A DNA stretch of 64,000 nucleotides from a candidate division WOR-3 bacterium (lineage in GTDB: Bacteria > Hydrothermota > Hydrothermia > B15-G9 > WFZT01). The notes beneath the pieces were generated by a model. That model saw only the letters and a list, made by a program, of their open reading frames with translations. It had not been told where the DNA came from and made no database searches. The DNA lies in the NCBI GenBank assembly GCA_027053075.1, contig JALUEE010000047.1, positions 64,001 to 128,000 of the forward strand. Direction: 5' to 3'. The translations under genes and the position numbers were made by a program. Shown piece by piece: positions 28,845 to 39,036 of this stretch (position 1 is its first letter; every line of letters begins with the position of its first letter).

Positions 28845-31800
28845 ATGTCGCTTAAAGATTTTTATCCTATAAATCAGGGGCGTATATTTAACATCCATGG
28901 CATCATCTTCCATATCCCCGAGGATATAGTGAGTGCCTGGGACGTGGGGAAGATGCCCACAGTTGACGATATCGGGATAAGGATTCCCTGGAAAGTTGAG
29001 CTTCCCAAAAAAGAGAGATTTGAATACTTTGTAGTTATCGGTGCCAATGGGGGCTGGCCCCTTTCCCACCAGGCACGACTCCTTGTAAGATTCGATGATA
29101 AATACCGAAGACTCCCCATTTCTCCCATAAATAGACACTTTGCTCTTTTTGGTGAGATGCAGTATCGAGGACTCTGGATTCAGGCTGTGCCCGTGGGATT
29201 TGCATTTAAAGAGTTAGAAATTATAGGTCTTCAGGCAGAGCCAAACATGGGGCTACTTGCCGGAGTATTGGTCAGAAAACTACCTGAATTCAAAGAAAAG
29301 TTCGTGGAGAATTTTTTCAAAACGAGGAGTTTCTACTGTGCAGGGGATGTAAAGCCCATAACAATGGAAAAAATAGGTGTAGGTAGATGGGCAGCTGAGA
29401 TTGAGGTCCCAGATGCTGAACACGCAGAGCTCGAAATCGGGGTGGTATCAAAGAGTTCGGGTATCCTCTTGATAGATGGAAACTTGACCGGAGCAGTCAT
29501 TGATGGCACTGCGGGCTATCAGGCCATTGAGCCCGGAAAGAGGCATTTTGTTGAGGTAGAGGTTGAAGGTGAGGTCATAAAGGCCTCTTTGGTCATTTAT
29601 CCCGATGGTTACCTCAAAGAGCTTGAGAGATGGGCAGAGAGAAGGCTTAAATATATGCTGAAGGGTGTGCCTCGTACTCCGATAATCAGGCTTATCTCCC
29701 AATCTCACATAGATGTCGCATGGCTCTGGACCAAGGCAGAGACGAGAAAGAAGATAGCACGAACCGTTTCGCGCGGCATAGAGATCGCCCGGAGATTCCA
29801 CGAGTTTCCATTCGTTCAAAGCTCCCCGGGTATGATTAACTGGATCAAGCACGATTACCCCAAAACATTTTCAACGTTAAAGAAAGCTACAGAGGAGAAA
29901 TTTTTCGAGCCGGTTGGGGCAATGTGGGTGGAGCCAGATGTGAATATTCCCTCAGGAGAATCGCTGGTCAGGCAGATTGAATATGGTCTCAAATTCTGGA
30001 AGGAGGAATTTGGCACGAAGGTTAGTGTTGACTGGCTTCTGGATTCTTTCGGCTATCCCTGGACACTGCCAATGATATACAAAAAATTTGGCATAAAGGC
30101 GATGATGACGGCAAAGCTCACGTGGTTTGACACCAACCGGTTCCCATTTGACGTTTTCAGGTGGAGGGCACCAGACGGCTCAGAGGTCATCGTCCAGCAT
30201 GCGAGATTGTGCCAGTACGGGCTTGGCAAATGCTTTGCCGAATTTGACAGCTTCTGCGAAGATTATATCATCCACAATCCACTTGACCCCGAGCTTGCGG
30301 GTAAGATTTTTGACGATTCATTTGAATTTGAAGAAAGGGAGGAGATTCCTGAGGCTGAGCCCCCTGCTATGATTCTCTTTGGAGAGAGTGATGGTGGCGG
30401 AGGCCCAACCCTCGAGCAGGCAATGGTGAGTAAAAAGGCCATTGCAACAGGAAGGTTTACGGGTGGTGGTGCAAAGGAATACTTTGATGAGCTATGGGAA
30501 AGATTCCGTGATTTACTTCCTGTCTGGAATGACGAGATTTATCTTGAAACCCACAGAGGAATTTACAGCCGCGGCAGAGAGGTCAAAGACCTTCTCAAAA
30601 AGAACGAAATCGAGGCCTACAGGGCTGAGGTAGCGCTTGCCATGGCTGGAATAACGGACTTTCAGGATGAGCTCGATGCTGCATGGAAAAAGCTTTTAAT
30701 CAATCATTTTCACGATATTGCCTGTGCCACTGATTCGCGGGAAGCGTACGATGAATCTGTTGAAGAATTGAAAGAGACTCTTGATACATTTAAGTTTGTT
30801 GAAAAACAGGCCATCGGCCATTTGAGAGGTGGAAGGTTGGGGGTGCTCAACTATCTCCCCTGGGAGCGCACTGAGCCTGTGAAAATTGGTGGGAAATTGA
30901 AGTACGTGAAAGTTCCTCCTCTATCTGTCGGTAAAGGCGAGCCCGTTGAGCCACCACCGGACTTTGATTTTGAGCTCGGTTTCAAGGAATGGAAGATTCA
31001 TTCGATTTTATACCGCGGTCGCGAGCTTCTACGGGCACCTCTTGAGTTTGAGCTTTTCCGGGATGAGCACAAAGGAGCTTGGACATGGAATATTGACCCT
31101 GAGTATGAGCTCAATCCCCTGGCCGTGGAATTTGTTAATCTGAATGTGCACAAGGAGCAGAATAGGATTGTCTATCGCTACTCTTACAAGCTCGGCCAGG
31201 ATTCGCGCGGTATGATTATTATTACAAATGTAAAGGGTAGAAAATGGCTTGACCTCGATATAGTGCTCGATTGGCATGAGGACTTTACCATTCTTAAATT
31301 AGGATTTCCCTTTAATATCGAGTCAGAAGGGGCCAATTGTGGCATTCCTTATGGGATCAAATTCAGACCCTTCAAGCCAACCTCCAGCCTTCAGCGTGCG
31401 AAGTGGGAAGTGCCTGTCAAACGTTTCGCAGATGTTAGTGATGGTAAGTTTGGGGTTTCCATTTTTACATTTTCCAACTATGGATTTGATTTCAAGAAGG
31501 GCTATCCACGGGTAACGCTTGTGAGAACTGCCCCTGTTTGGCCATACCCGGAGCTTGACTATGGTGAGATTCGAATGAAGTTTGCCATCTATCCGCATGA
31601 GGGGGATTATGTACAGGGCGACGTGGAAAGGACTTACCGTGAATTTATCCACCCACTGCGAGAAATATTCTACCGTGAAGACATCTCCCTGCTTGAGGTA
31701 TCACCCTCACCATTGGTAAGTGATTCCATTCGTTTGATGGGGGATGGTCAGGTGGAGGTACGTCTTTTTAATCCATCGAGCAAAAGTATCGAGGCAAGAG

Positions 31801-31883
31801 TTTCGACGCAGGAAATGGAGAGGGAAACGCGTGTAAGGGGATATAGCCTTACTGAAGTTTACATCAAAAACCCGCAGTTATAA
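28845..31883 (+). CDS. GH38 alpha-mannosidase with long N-terminal extension
   Basis: SHIDVAWLW, WVEPDVNIPSGESLVRQ, WLLDSFGY, DGGGGPT, YLETHRG, HFHDI. Confidence 0.92.
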   Translation: MSLKDFYPINQGRIFNIHGIIFHIPEDIVSAWDVGKMPTVDDIGIRIPWKVELPKKERFEYFVVIGANGGWPLSHQARLLVRFDDKYRRLPISPINRHFALFGEMQYRGLWIQAVPVGFAFKELEIIGLQAEPNMGLLAGVLVRKLPEFKEKFVENFFKTRSFYCAGDVKPITMEKIGVGRWAAEIEVPDAEHAELEIGVVSKSSGILLIDGNLTGAVIDGTAGYQAIEPGKRHFVEVEVEGEVIKASLVIYPDGYLKELERWAERRLKYMLKGVPRTPIIRLISQSHIDVAWLWTKAETRKKIARTVSRGIEIARRFHEFPFVQSSPGMINWIKHDYPKTFSTLKKATEEKFFEPVGAMWVEPDVNIPSGESLVRQIEYGLKFWKEEFGTKVSVDWLLDSFGYPWTLPMIYKKFGIKAMMTAKLTWFDTNRFPFDVFRWRAPDGSEVIVQHARLCQYGLGKCFAEFDSFCEDYIIHNPLDPELAGKIFDDSFEFEEREEIPEAEPPAMILFGESDGGGGPTLEQAMVSKKAIATGRFTGGGAKEYFDELWERFRDLLPVWNDEIYLETHRGIYSRGREVKDLLKKNEIEAYRAEVALAMAGITDFQDELDAAWKKLLINHFHDIACATDSREAYDESVEELKETLDTFKFVEKQAIGHLRGGRLGVLNYLPWERTEPVKIGGKLKYVKVPPLSVGKGEPVEPPPDFDFELGFKEWKIHSILYRGRELLRAPLEFELFRDEHKGAWTWNIDPEYELNPLAVEFVNLNVHKEQNRIVYRYSYKLGQDSRGMIIITNVKGRKWLDLDIVLDWHEDFTILKLGFPFNIESEGANCGIPYGIKFRPFKPTSSLQRAKWEVPVKRFADVSDGKFGVSIFTFSNYGFDFKKGYPRVTLVRTAPVWPYPELDYGEIRMKFAIYPHEGDYVQGDVERTYREFIHPLREIFYREDISLLEVSPSPLVSDSIRLMGDGQVEVRLFNPSSKSIEARVSTQEMERETRVRGYSLTEVYIKNPQL

Positions 31884-32003
31884 TTTCGACCTGAAGTTGT
31901 AAAGCTTGATTCCTTGATGGTATTTAATATGCGTTGTAAAATTTTATCGATGATTTTTAATAAATAGTTCTTTGAATCAAAAATTCTCAAGGAGGCATAA
32001 TAT

Positions 32004-33650
32004 ATGAAGGGTAAAAAAAGAACGTGGGTGGTGTTAGCCTTGATTTTTGCTGGGGGCTTGCTCCACTCTGCAAGTGTTAAGGGGGTCAAACTAATTCCAC
32101 CTTACAACAGTCTTGACCTCCTCAATACGAAAAATGTCCCTCCGATTACAGTGGACCACAGCAAGATCAAGGCACTGCAAAAACCTTTTGCCACCGGGCC
32201 TGATGTAACTAAGGCATGCCTGCAGTGTCATTCACAGGCTGCAAAACAGGTGATGCATACATACCACTGGACATGGCTCACAAAGGACAAAGACGGTCAC
32301 TATCGTGGAAAGGGCTTCTTTATCAACAACTTTTGTATTTCAATTCTCTCTAACGAACCACGATGCACAAGCTGTCACGCTGGGTACGGATGGAAGGACA
32401 AGAACTTTGATTTCAAAAACGAGAACAATGTGGACTGTCTCGTTTGTCACGACCAAACTGGGAAATATAAGAAATTCCCTGCTGGTGCTGGACATCCTGT
32501 TTATAAACCCAAGGTGTTCCTCGGCAAAAAGTGGCTTCCACCTGATCTTTCCTACATTGCTCAGCACGTAGGCTTACCGGGAAGAAGGAACTGCGGAGCA
32601 TGCCATTTCTACGGTGGTGGTGGGGACAATGTGAAGCATGGCGACCTCTCCTCTGACCTTCTCAATCCGACGAAGGATATAGATGTTCACATGGATGCAA
32701 AGGGACTGAATTTCTCCTGTACAAAGTGCCACACCACCCATCAGCACATGGTTGCCGGCAGATACTATGAGAGATCAGCGGGAATCGAGCACAGATTGGC
32801 TCTGCCCAAGCCAACAAAGAACATGCTCGGATGCGAGAATTGTCACGGGACAAGACCCCACAAGATCAGGATTCTGAATAACCATACCACCAAGGTTGCA
32901 TGCCAGACCTGCCACATTCCGTATTTTGCTAAAAAGAGAAAGACCAACCTGTGGTGGGATTGGTCCACTGCTGGGAAATTCGATGCTCAGGGGCACAAGA
33001 TTCATAAGCACGATTCTGAAGGCTATCCAACTTATAAGACCGAAAAGGGAACCCTCGTGTGGGCAAGAATGGTTAAGCCCATCTACATGTGGTACAACGG
33101 TAACTTTGAGTATGGCTACATAGGAGAGAAGATCGATTCACTGTGGATCGAGGTTAATATGGGAGATTCTGTAGTTAAAGCTGTATATATAAATAAGCCC
33201 CTTGGAAGTCCAAAAGACCCCAATTCCAAGATTTATCCCTTCAAGGCACATTTCTCTAAGCAGCCTTACGATCCTGTTCAAAACATACTCGTGGTTCCTC
33301 ATCTCTTTGGGCCTAAAGGGTCTGGCGCATTCTGGGCCGATTTCGACTGGAAGAAGGCTATCGAAACCGGAATGAAGTATGCCGGCCTCCCATGGAGCGG
33401 AAAGTACGGATTTATCAAAACAGTACAGTTCTATACAATCTCACACCAGGTGTCACCCAAGGAAAAGGCTCTCAAATGCGCTGACTGTCACGTAAAGAAC
33501 GGACGACTTGCTTACGTGCAGGGTATTTACATGCCTGGAAGAGACAGATTCAAGCTCATCGAAATTCTCGGATGGCTTGCAGTGTTCGCAACTCTCGTAG
33601 GTGTTGTCATACATGGTGGAATTCGTCTGTTTTCCAAAAGGGGGGAATAA
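32004..33650 (+). CDS. Octaheme c-type cytochrome, tetrathionate reductase (Otr) family
   Basis: 8 CxxCH motifs, INNFC, CHFYGGGGDNVKHGD; signal peptide and C-terminal TM. Confidence 0.93.
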   Translation: MKGKKRTWVVLALIFAGGLLHSASVKGVKLIPPYNSLDLLNTKNVPPITVDHSKIKALQKPFATGPDVTKACLQCHSQAAKQVMHTYHWTWLTKDKDGHYRGKGFFINNFCISILSNEPRCTSCHAGYGWKDKNFDFKNENNVDCLVCHDQTGKYKKFPAGAGHPVYKPKVFLGKKWLPPDLSYIAQHVGLPGRRNCGACHFYGGGGDNVKHGDLSSDLLNPTKDIDVHMDAKGLNFSCTKCHTTHQHMVAGRYYERSAGIEHRLALPKPTKNMLGCENCHGTRPHKIRILNNHTTKVACQTCHIPYFAKKRKTNLWWDWSTAGKFDAQGHKIHKHDSEGYPTYKTEKGTLVWARMVKPIYMWYNGNFEYGYIGEKIDSLWIEVNMGDSVVKAVYINKPLGSPKDPNSKIYPFKAHFSKQPYDPVQNILVVPHLFGPKGSGAFWADFDWKKAIETGMKYAGLPWSGKYGFIKTVQFYTISHQVSPKEKALKCADCHVKNGRLAYVQGIYMPGRDRFKLIEILGWLAVFATLVGVVIHGGIRLFSKRGE

Positions 33651-33653
33651 AAA

Positions 33654-34250
33654 ATGAAAAAGGTCTATCTTTATAGAATTTTTGAAAGGCTCTGGCATTG
33701 TATCCAGGCAATTTCCATAATAATGCTCATTCTTACCGGATTTGAGGTGCACGGAACCTGGCACATCTTTGGATTCAGAGAGGCCCATTATCTGCACGAG
33801 ATTTTCGGTTGGACACTTGTTATAAACACAATCTTTGGACTTTTCTGGTGGATCACCATAGGACAGTGGAAACAGCTATTCCGCAAGGACAGGATAGAGG
33901 AATTCAAGGCAGTAATCAGATTTTACACATACGGAATCTTTAAGGGTGAGCCTCATCCTGGTGAGAAAACACCCGAGAACAAGTACAACCCGCTCCAGAG
34001 AATTACCTATTTAGGAATAGTGTTCTTCCTTGTTCCGTATCAGGTAGTGATGGGAGTACTCTATTACTTTGCTCCTGATTTACCGAAGATCGGGCTACAT
34101 TGGGGTGTAAGGACAATTGCTGCGCTTCATCTGATCGGGGCATTCCTGTTCCTTGCCTTTGTAATAGCACACATTTACCTTGCAACGACCGGCCATACGA
34201 TTTTCTCTTACATAAAGGGGATAATTACTGGCTGGGAAGAAGTGGAATAG
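33654..34250 (+). CDS. Cytochrome b membrane subunit (PhsC/Ni-hydrogenase cyt b-like)
   Basis: ERLWH, LTGFEVH, KYNPLQRITY, HL..HIYLATTG. Confidence 0.9.
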   Translation: MKKVYLYRIFERLWHCIQAISIIMLILTGFEVHGTWHIFGFREAHYLHEIFGWTLVINTIFGLFWWITIGQWKQLFRKDRIEEFKAVIRFYTYGIFKGEPHPGEKTPENKYNPLQRITYLGIVFFLVPYQVVMGVLYYFAPDLPKIGLHWGVRTIAALHLIGAFLFLAFVIAHIYLATTGHTIFSYIKGIITGWEEVE

Positions 34251-34260
34251 ATTTTAGTGA

Positions 34261-34293
34261 GGGGGCGGCGCCCTTCGGGCGCCGCCCCCTTTA
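34261..34293 (+). terminator. Rho-independent terminator
   Basis: 13-bp stem GGGGGCGGCGCCC-TTC-GGGCGCCGCCCCC followed by TTTAT. Confidence 0.8.
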
Positions 34294-34335
34294 TCCTCCT
34301 TGATTCCAACCATCCTGCTAATTTAAAATCCCATT

Positions 34336-35040
34336 ATGCAAACGGTCTATATCCTCATCGGCCTCCCAGGCTCCGGTAAAACCACATACGCTAAGGAGCT
34401 CATAGAAAAAGACCCAGAAAACACACTCAGAATCTCCATGGACGACATCCTTCAGATGGTAAGCTTCTACAGATTTATCAGAGACAATGCCCCTTTATAC
34501 CACGAATTCGAATCCTCGATTTACATAACGGCCCTCGTGCGGGGTTTTAACGTGGTCGTTGATCGTACCAATGTTGATAGGGAAACAAGAAAAAGATTCA
34601 TCCTACCTGCGGTGAAAGTTCGCGAATTAGCCAACCTCATTTTCTCAGAGTGGCAGGAGGAGAGGATGAGCCTCTTTCGCGAGCCAGATGAGATAATAAT
34701 CAAGAAATTATTTGAGAAACTGGAATTTGATGAGACATCTTTAGAACATGCCATCAAAGAGGAGTTTAGAAAATTCTATATTCAATCGCAGATGCCATCA
34801 CTATTTGGGGAACAAAAAGATTTTTACACGCATCTGAAAAGGGTTAAGAATCTCAAGATTGTCGGCGTCTTTTTTGACCTACCGATAGAAACCTGTATCA
34901 AAAGGCGTGTTGAAGACCCGGATGTGGTAAGAAGAGGTGAGGGAATAAACTGGGAAGAGGTGATATTAAGACTCGCTGGGAAATTAGAGGAGCCAGAGAT
35001 GTGTGAGGGATTCGACGAGCTCATAAGAATTAAGGAATAG
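34336..35040 (+). CDS. P-loop kinase (AAA_33 / polynucleotide kinase-like) with helical insertion
   Basis: GLPGSGKTT, ISMDDI, VVVDRTN, ETCIKR, EEP..EGFD. Confidence 0.8.
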   Translation: MQTVYILIGLPGSGKTTYAKELIEKDPENTLRISMDDILQMVSFYRFIRDNAPLYHEFESSIYITALVRGFNVVVDRTNVDRETRKRFILPAVKVRELANLIFSEWQEERMSLFREPDEIIIKKLFEKLEFDETSLEHAIKEEFRKFYIQSQMPSLFGEQKDFYTHLKRVKNLKIVGVFFDLPIETCIKRRVEDPDVVRRGEGINWEEVILRLAGKLEEPEMCEGFDELIRIKE

Positions 35041-35097
35041 GCCTCTTAAATTATTCAGATTTGGAAAATAAAGGTTGAGCCAATACATTTTATCCCA

Positions 35098-35197
35098 GAG
35101 ACTGTTCGAGAATTTTTATAGATTTACGAGAGGAATACCCCCCACCTCATCCTCCCCCCGCATAAATTTGATTGCGGGGGGAGGCAAGGAGATGGGT
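35098..35197. repeat. Degenerate MITE copy (one end plus hairpin)
   Basis: GAGACTGTTCGAGAA then CCTCCCCCCGCA...TGCGGGGGGAGG; no second TIR or TSD seen. Confidence 0.6.
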
Positions 35198-35323
35198 TAC
35201 TTCTGCCAAAATCGATCTTCCTTCCACAAATTTTATCGACAATAAGAGATCATAAAAGCAAATTTTTGGAAAATTCCAGACCTTCAAAATCTCGCATGGG
35301 GGCAATATTATTTTCAATCCTCT

Positions 35324-36310
35324 ATGAACCTCTTGAGGAAGCTTAAAAAAGGTATATTTATCGGGATTGTGCTGTGGGTGGCAGCTGCTTTTGTTATCTT
35401 CATTTTTACATACTCAGAAGAGACGCTTCGTAGTCTAAAATCCATCCGAGTTGAGTATTTCTTTCTCACGCTCATCCTTTACATCACAAGCCTCCTCGTG
35501 GATTCGTACAAATTCAAAATGATTATAAAAGGCATGACCGGCAAGGACCTGACCCTCGGATACGTCCTGGAAGTTTTTCTTGTGGGCTTCTTTTTCTCTG
35601 CTTCCACTCCTTTTCAGGGAGGCGGATTTGCCTTCCAGATGTACCTTCTATCGAGGAAAGGGGTAAGTGCAGGAGAATCTTCGGCTGCTATCACTTTGAA
35701 GGGTATGACAAACTTTCTCTTTTTGCTCCTCCTTGCACCATTTCTTGTCTATAGTCTCGGCATCTCCTGGGCATATAAACCTCTGAAAGTTGTTATCCCT
35801 GCTGTCGCTGCCATAGTTGCCTTTATCTTCATTTTTGCCAGATGGCCGATCTTGATTAGAAAATGGAGGAAATACAGGATTGTGGCCTGGTTTTTAAAGG
35901 AACTCGAGATTTTCAACGAATCTTTCGGTTCCCTCATCAGCCTTAGAAGATGGCGAATGTTGTTGGTCATATCTGTTCTAACCATGATTTCCGTGCCACT
36001 CCATCTTTTAATGGTTCCGGCCATCTTCTACGGAATCGGTGTTAAGGTTCCCATTCTCAAAGCAATTACCCTGCACATTCTCACACAGGTTCTATTCATT
36101 TACAGCCCTACACCGGGGGCTTCAGGTGTAATGGAACTCGGAGCTGCATTTGTATTCTCAAGCATCTGTCCTAAGCCGCTTCTTGGAATTTACACTGTGA
36201 TCTGGCGCTTCTTCACATACTATCTGAGTGCTTTTATCGGTGGCATTCTGGCTGTTAAAAACTTTAAATTCTTAATTGAGGAGTACGAGGAGACCCATGA
36301 TAAATTTTGA
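35324..36310 (+). CDS. Lysylphosphatidylglycerol-synthase-TM / flippase-like membrane protein
   Basis: TPFQGGG, PTPGASGVME, IWRFFTYY; many TM segments. Confidence 0.85.
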   Translation: MNLLRKLKKGIFIGIVLWVAAAFVIFIFTYSEETLRSLKSIRVEYFFLTLILYITSLLVDSYKFKMIIKGMTGKDLTLGYVLEVFLVGFFFSASTPFQGGGFAFQMYLLSRKGVSAGESSAAITLKGMTNFLFLLLLAPFLVYSLGISWAYKPLKVVIPAVAAIVAFIFIFARWPILIRKWRKYRIVAWFLKELEIFNESFGSLISLRRWRMLLVISVLTMISVPLHLLMVPAIFYGIGVKVPILKAITLHILTQVLFIYSPTPGASGVMELGAAFVFSSICPKPLLGIYTVIWRFFTYYLSAFIGGILAVKNFKFLIEEYEETHDKF

Positions 36311-36995
36311 CCGTTATAAAATAATGAAACTCACGAAGGTGGAATCTACTAACGATGAGGTGCTGAATTTGCTACTTTCGGGGGTAAACCCACCGGTTGT
36401 GGTTACAGCAGAGGAGCAAACAGGTGGAAGAGGAAGAGCCGGACATAAATGGCTCTCAAAGCCGGGAGGTCTCTATTTTTCACTCGGCATGCGCTCTAAA
36501 GGTCTTGAAACTGATTCAAAACTCATCGTTCTTGCATCGCTACCTGTTGTTGAAACCCTCAGATATTTTGGACTGAACCCGCGGATAAAGATTCCCAATG
36601 ACGTTTACATCGGGGATAAGAAAATTTCTGGAATTTTAGGTGAGAGAAAATCGGATTTTCTTATTATAGGGGTCGGAATAAATGTTAACCAGGACAGCTT
36701 CCCCGATGAGATAAAACACCTTGCAACCTCGATGTTCATTGAGACAGGTAAGGTTTTTGATAGAAACAATGTCCTTTACACATTCTTGAAGGAGTTCAAC
36801 CGATTGATAGATTCACCCGACCTGGCTTATGATAGATGGGTGAAATATGTAAGTGTGATTGGTAAAAAGGCTCGCTTTACATACAAAGGGAAGTCCTTGA
36901 TCTGCGAAATAAAAGCTATCGATAAGGACCTGAATCTCGAGACAGACATGGGAAAGTTTAACATCTATGAAATTTTTGGATTTGAGGAACTATGA
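36297..36995 (+). CDS. birA: Biotin-protein ligase (no N-terminal HTH)
   Basis: STND, QTGGRGRAGHKW, KIPND, KKISGIL, GVGIN. Confidence 0.92.
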   Translation: MINFDRYKIMKLTKVESTNDEVLNLLLSGVNPPVVVTAEEQTGGRGRAGHKWLSKPGGLYFSLGMRSKGLETDSKLIVLASLPVVETLRYFGLNPRIKIPNDVYIGDKKISGILGERKSDFLIIGVGINVNQDSFPDEIKHLATSMFIETGKVFDRNNVLYTFLKEFNRLIDSPDLAYDRWVKYVSVIGKKARFTYKGKSLICEIKAIDKDLNLETDMGKFNIYEIFGFEEL

Positions 36996-37738
36996 TTGCA
37001 GTTGTTGATGCCGGAAATTCCACCGTGAATGTCGGGCTTGTTGAAAATGGTAGGGTGATTTTTAAAACCTTTATTGAGACAAAAAAGGTGCACAAGGGAC
37101 TTGACCTACCCCAAAAATTTCAGCCAGAAGTTGCAATTTTCTCATCTGTGGTGCCTGAAATAAATGATGTGCTCACGGATTCATTGAAAAAATGGACAGG
37201 TAAAGACCCTATACAACTTACATATAAAACCGCAACGGGTGTTAAAATTCTTTATCGGAATCCCTCAGAATTAGGTGCGGACAGGATAACCCATGCTTAT
37301 TTCATTAAAAAGTTCGTAAAAGAGCCTTCGGTGGTGGTGGATATTGGAACGGCGATAACCATCGATTTCATTGGTGGGGATGGTACCTTCGCTGGGGGTG
37401 CCATTCTTGCCTCCCCTGAGACAATTTTGCATGGACTTGCTCAAAAGACCTCAAAGTTAAAGGAGATTGACCTCTCAATGTGGCCTCAAACATTCATTGG
37501 GAGAAGCACATCTGAGTGTCTTCGTATAGGACTTCTCCACGGCACCGTGGGCTCAATACTTTATATCACCGAGAGTATTGAGAATGAGGTTGAGATGGAC
37601 GTTAAAAAATTCCTTACAGGGGGAGGTGGGGAACGGTTTAAGGAAAAGCTCGTGGATTTTCATTATAATCCTGACCTGAACCTTTTGGGGCTTGCTGCTG
37701 CCCTTGAGGAAATCCAGAAAACGGAGAGGAAATTATGA
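36992..37738 (+). CDS. coaX: Type III pantothenate kinase
   Basis: VDAGNS, SSVVP, LGADR, VDIGTAITID, GGAI, TGGG. Confidence 0.93.
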   Translation: MIAVVDAGNSTVNVGLVENGRVIFKTFIETKKVHKGLDLPQKFQPEVAIFSSVVPEINDVLTDSLKKWTGKDPIQLTYKTATGVKILYRNPSELGADRITHAYFIKKFVKEPSVVVDIGTAITIDFIGGDGTFAGGAILASPETILHGLAQKTSKLKEIDLSMWPQTFIGRSTSECLRIGLLHGTVGSILYITESIENEVEMDVKKFLTGGGGERFKEKLVDFHYNPDLNLLGLAAALEEIQKTERKL

Positions 37739-38451
37739 AAGACCTTGATATGCCACCAAATGCAATAAAAATACTTGATAAAGGCTTTGTCGCTCTTCTT
37801 GATCACATGGGGGATGACACAACTATTGTCAACGCTGCTCGTGTGAGCTTTGGCAAAAGGGTGGATAAGATGTCGGAAAAGGATGAGAAGCTTATTCGGT
37901 ACCTTTTGAAAAACCGGCACACCTCCCCATTCGAGCACGTTCAATTCCAGTTTCACATAAAATGTCCTCTATTTGTCCGCAGCCAGTGGCACCGGCACAG
38001 GACTTGGAGTTACAACGAAATTAGCTCCCGATACACCGAAGTAAAGGAAGAATTCTACGTCCCTGCTATGTTTAGAAAACAATCCCCATCCAACAAGCAG
38101 GCCTCTATTGAGGAGCCGGCTGATGAGTATTGCTTTAATGTCTATGAAGGTAAGGAAACTCCCACGGTTGAGGCCTATATCGAGTCGTGCAAACTGTCTG
38201 TGAAGCAGTACAGGGAGCTCCTCAAAGCCGGGGTCGCAAGGGAGCTTGCAAGGGCAGTCCTGCCGCAGGCCATGTACACTCAATTTTACGGCACGGTTGA
38301 CCTCCACAACCTGCTCCATTTTATCGAGCTCAGAATACATCCCCACGCACAGTGGGAAATTCAGCAGTATGCAAAGGCCCTTTTAGAGCTCATAACCCCT
38401 ATTGTTCCGGTTACCGTTAAAATCTGGAAAGAGCTTAAAGGGATGGATTAA
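37735..38451 (+). CDS. thyX: FAD-dependent thymidylate synthase
   Basis: HTSPFEH, RHRTWSYNEISSRY, HAQWEI. Confidence 0.97.
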   Translation: MKDLDMPPNAIKILDKGFVALLDHMGDDTTIVNAARVSFGKRVDKMSEKDEKLIRYLLKNRHTSPFEHVQFQFHIKCPLFVRSQWHRHRTWSYNEISSRYTEVKEEFYVPAMFRKQSPSNKQASIEEPADEYCFNVYEGKETPTVEAYIESCKLSVKQYRELLKAGVARELARAVLPQAMYTQFYGTVDLHNLLHFIELRIHPHAQWEIQQYAKALLELITPIVPVTVKIWKELKGMD

Positions 38452-38453
38452 AA

Positions 38454-38843
38454 ATGAAGAAATTGTTACTCTACCTTGCATTTACACTGCCATTGCTGGC
38501 AGGAAGTAAAATCACGGTCAAGGTTGATTCACTCACATACGTTGTGGCACTCGACACGATGAAAACAACCCCAAACGGAATGGTCCCTGTTATCTCAATC
38601 GTAAAGGCTTTAAACCTTCCAGACAGTACCAGATACAGATTTGTGGGAGATGATGGATATCACCCGGAGAAAGATATTCCGTATAGCAAACTCAAATACG
38701 GTTTTATCAATCCAGAGACCAGAAATTTGAAATGGACTTCAGAAGCTGATCTCACAAAGTGCTACAACGTGAAGAAAGTAAAAATAATTCAGGTGGTAAG
38801 ATATCCAAATAAAAACAACACACAGAAATTCCATCGAGAATGA
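38454..38843 (+). CDS. Hypothetical secreted protein
   Basis: Signal peptide MKKLLLYLAFTLPLLA; abuts thyX. Confidence 0.65.
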   Translation: MKKLLLYLAFTLPLLAGSKITVKVDSLTYVVALDTMKTTPNGMVPVISIVKALNLPDSTRYRFVGDDGYHPEKDIPYSKLKYGFINPETRNLKWTSEADLTKCYNVKKVKIIQVVRYPNKNNTQKFHRE

Positions 38844-38964
38844 CCATTAAAAAAGTAATCAAGCAAGTCAACTTGTTGATTGCAAAAGTACACTTTCCTG
38901 ACTGAAATCATATAGAAACATTCAAGATCCTCCACTTTTTGATCCCGTTTTTTGTTTGATATGC

Positions 38965-39027
38965 AAGTGTGTTTGAAAAATTTCAATTTTAAGGGAAATT
39001 TAAGGGGGACATTTTCAAACGACGTTC
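38965..39027. mobile_element. Internally deleted 63-bp MITE
   Basis: AAGTGTGTTTGAAAA / TTTTCAAACGACGTTC; TSD TTTGATATGC (38955-64) / TTTGATATGT (39028-37). Confidence 0.7.
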
Positions 39028-39036
39028 TTTGATATG

